64,000 bases of DNA, taken from assembly GCA_964569085.1 (NCBI GenBank), contig CAZMTA010000009.1:52389-116388 (forward strand), in the 5' to 3' direction. Shown here one piece after another: positions 63,234 to 64,000 of this stretch (positions are counted from its first letter, which is position 1; each line of letters starts with the position of its first letter). The notes beneath the pieces were generated by a model. It was not told where the DNA came from. It searched no databases and worked only from the letters and a program-made list of their open reading frames with translations. The DNA comes from an uncultured Gemmatimonadaceae bacterium (GTDB taxonomy: Bacteria; Gemmatimonadota; Gemmatimonadetes; Longimicrobiales; Gaopeijiaceae). Both the position numbers and the translations under genes were made by a program.

Positions 63234-63268
63234 ACGGCCCCGCGGGCGACATTCGCCCGCGGGGCCGT
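63234..63268. terminator. Perfect 16-bp hairpin ACGGCCCCGCGGGCGA / TCGCCCGCGGGGCCGT with a 3-nt loop between convergent genes; no U-tract
   Basis: Read directly between the barrel gene stop (63200) and the PKD protein stop (63295). Confidence 0.6.
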
Positions 63269-63294
63269 CCCGTTCGAGGGAACCAGGTTCCGGG

Positions 63295-64000
63295 CTAGGG
63301 CTTCTTGCCCTTCCCGCCGCCCTGGGAGTGGGGCACCGTGACCTCGCCGGTCACGGTGGAGACGTTGCCGTCGGCGTCGGAGGACGTGACCTCGATCGTG
63401 TAGATCCGACCGTCCCCGTTGCCCGACCGCTCGGCGCGGAGCTGGAGGCTCCACGTCCCGTCGTCCGCCTGGACGAGCATCCAGTCGGGATCGGTCGAGC
63501 CGTCACCCGGCCCGTCGATGGGCTCGTTGCTCGACACCGTGAAGCCGAGGGCGTCGGGCGTGACCCCGGCGTCGCAGGCGTCGGCCACGGTGATGCCGGT
63601 CGCCACGGTCACCATCTTGTGGTTCGGTGCCCACAGCGTCGTGGTGGTGAGGTCGAACGAGATCTCCGGGGCGACCGTGTCCTCGACGACGATCACGACC
63701 ACGTCGTGCGCCGTGGCGCCCTCGTCGTCGGTGACGACCAGGGTCACCTCGTGGGTGCCCTTGGTGAGGACGACGGCGGGGGAGGCCCCGCTGGCGAGGG
63801 CGCTGCCGCCCAGCGTCCACTCCCAGCTCACCACCGAGCCGTCCACGTCGCCGGAGGCCGTCCCGTCCAGCGAGACCTCCGTGCCGCCGGCGGCGCAGTC
63901 GGTGCACTCCAGCGTCTGGTCCGCGCCGGCGTCCGCCGTGGGCGCGGCGTTGAGGACCGTGACGACCACCTGGTCGCTGTCGGTGGCGCCCTGGTCGTCG
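63295..64000 (-). CDS. PKD-repeat surface protein, C-terminal part (gene continues beyond the window end)
   Basis: The frame stays open past the track start at 63969 (...DDQGATDSDQVVVTVLN...). The PKD-like repeat is VSLDGTASGDVDGSVVSWEWTLGG...HEVTLVVTDDEGATAHDVVVIVV. Confidence 0.75.
   Translation of the reverse strand, partial: DDQGATDSDQVVVTVLNAAPTADAGADQTLECTDCAAGGTEVSLDGTASGDVDGSVVSWEWTLGGSALASGASPAVVLTKGTHEVTLVVTDDEGATAHDVVVIVVEDTVAPEISFDLTTTTLWAPNHKMVTVATGITVADACDAGVTPDALGFTVSSNEPIDGPGDGSTDPDWMLVQADDGTWSLQLRAERSGNGDGRIYTIEVTSSDADGNVSTVTGEVTVPHSQGGGKGKKP

Overview
Very GC-rich bacterial chromosome segment (GC not computed). TonB, lipoproteins and an outer-membrane barrel suggest a diderm. 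The taxon cannot be assigned from sequence alone; Gemmatimonadota-like is only a guess. About 50 genes are tightly packed, and many are joined by 4-nt NTGA stop/start overlaps.

Most of the window is housekeeping:
- Cell shape and lipid/folate: mreC(partial)-mreD-mrdA-rodA, accD-folC.
- Translation and nucleotides: hisS-(small membrane ORF)-proS-guaA, valS, purN-purH.
- Stress and redox: clpB, trxA, rsmI.
- Cofactors: erpA-nadA, ispG, selA-gmhB.
- Other: an iorAB-like molybdenum oxidoreductase, a CDF transporter and tRNA-Ser(UGA).

I saw no transposase, integrase, CRISPR array, rRNA or recognisable defence system.

The parts that housekeeping does not explain are:
1. A five-gene, gap-free operon (19329-29179) of uncharacterised envelope proteins ending in a RadC-like JAB domain fused to a DinG/XPD helicase.
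2. An 854-aa single-ORF c-di-GMP protein (TM-GGDEF-REC-REC-HD-GYP).
3. A tandem HD-GYP protein whose first domain is degenerate.
4. A ~56-bp duplication of the tRNA-Ser 3' end plus flank, 195 bp downstream of the tRNA.
5. Recurring TTGnnn-N16/17-TAGATT promoter-like boxes, one of which implies a near-leaderless hisS.
6. Perfect GC hairpins without U-tracts at gene ends.
7. A perfect palindrome between a marR gene and an ankyrin-repeat gene.

All product calls rest on motifs I recognise in the supplied translations. No database search was run.
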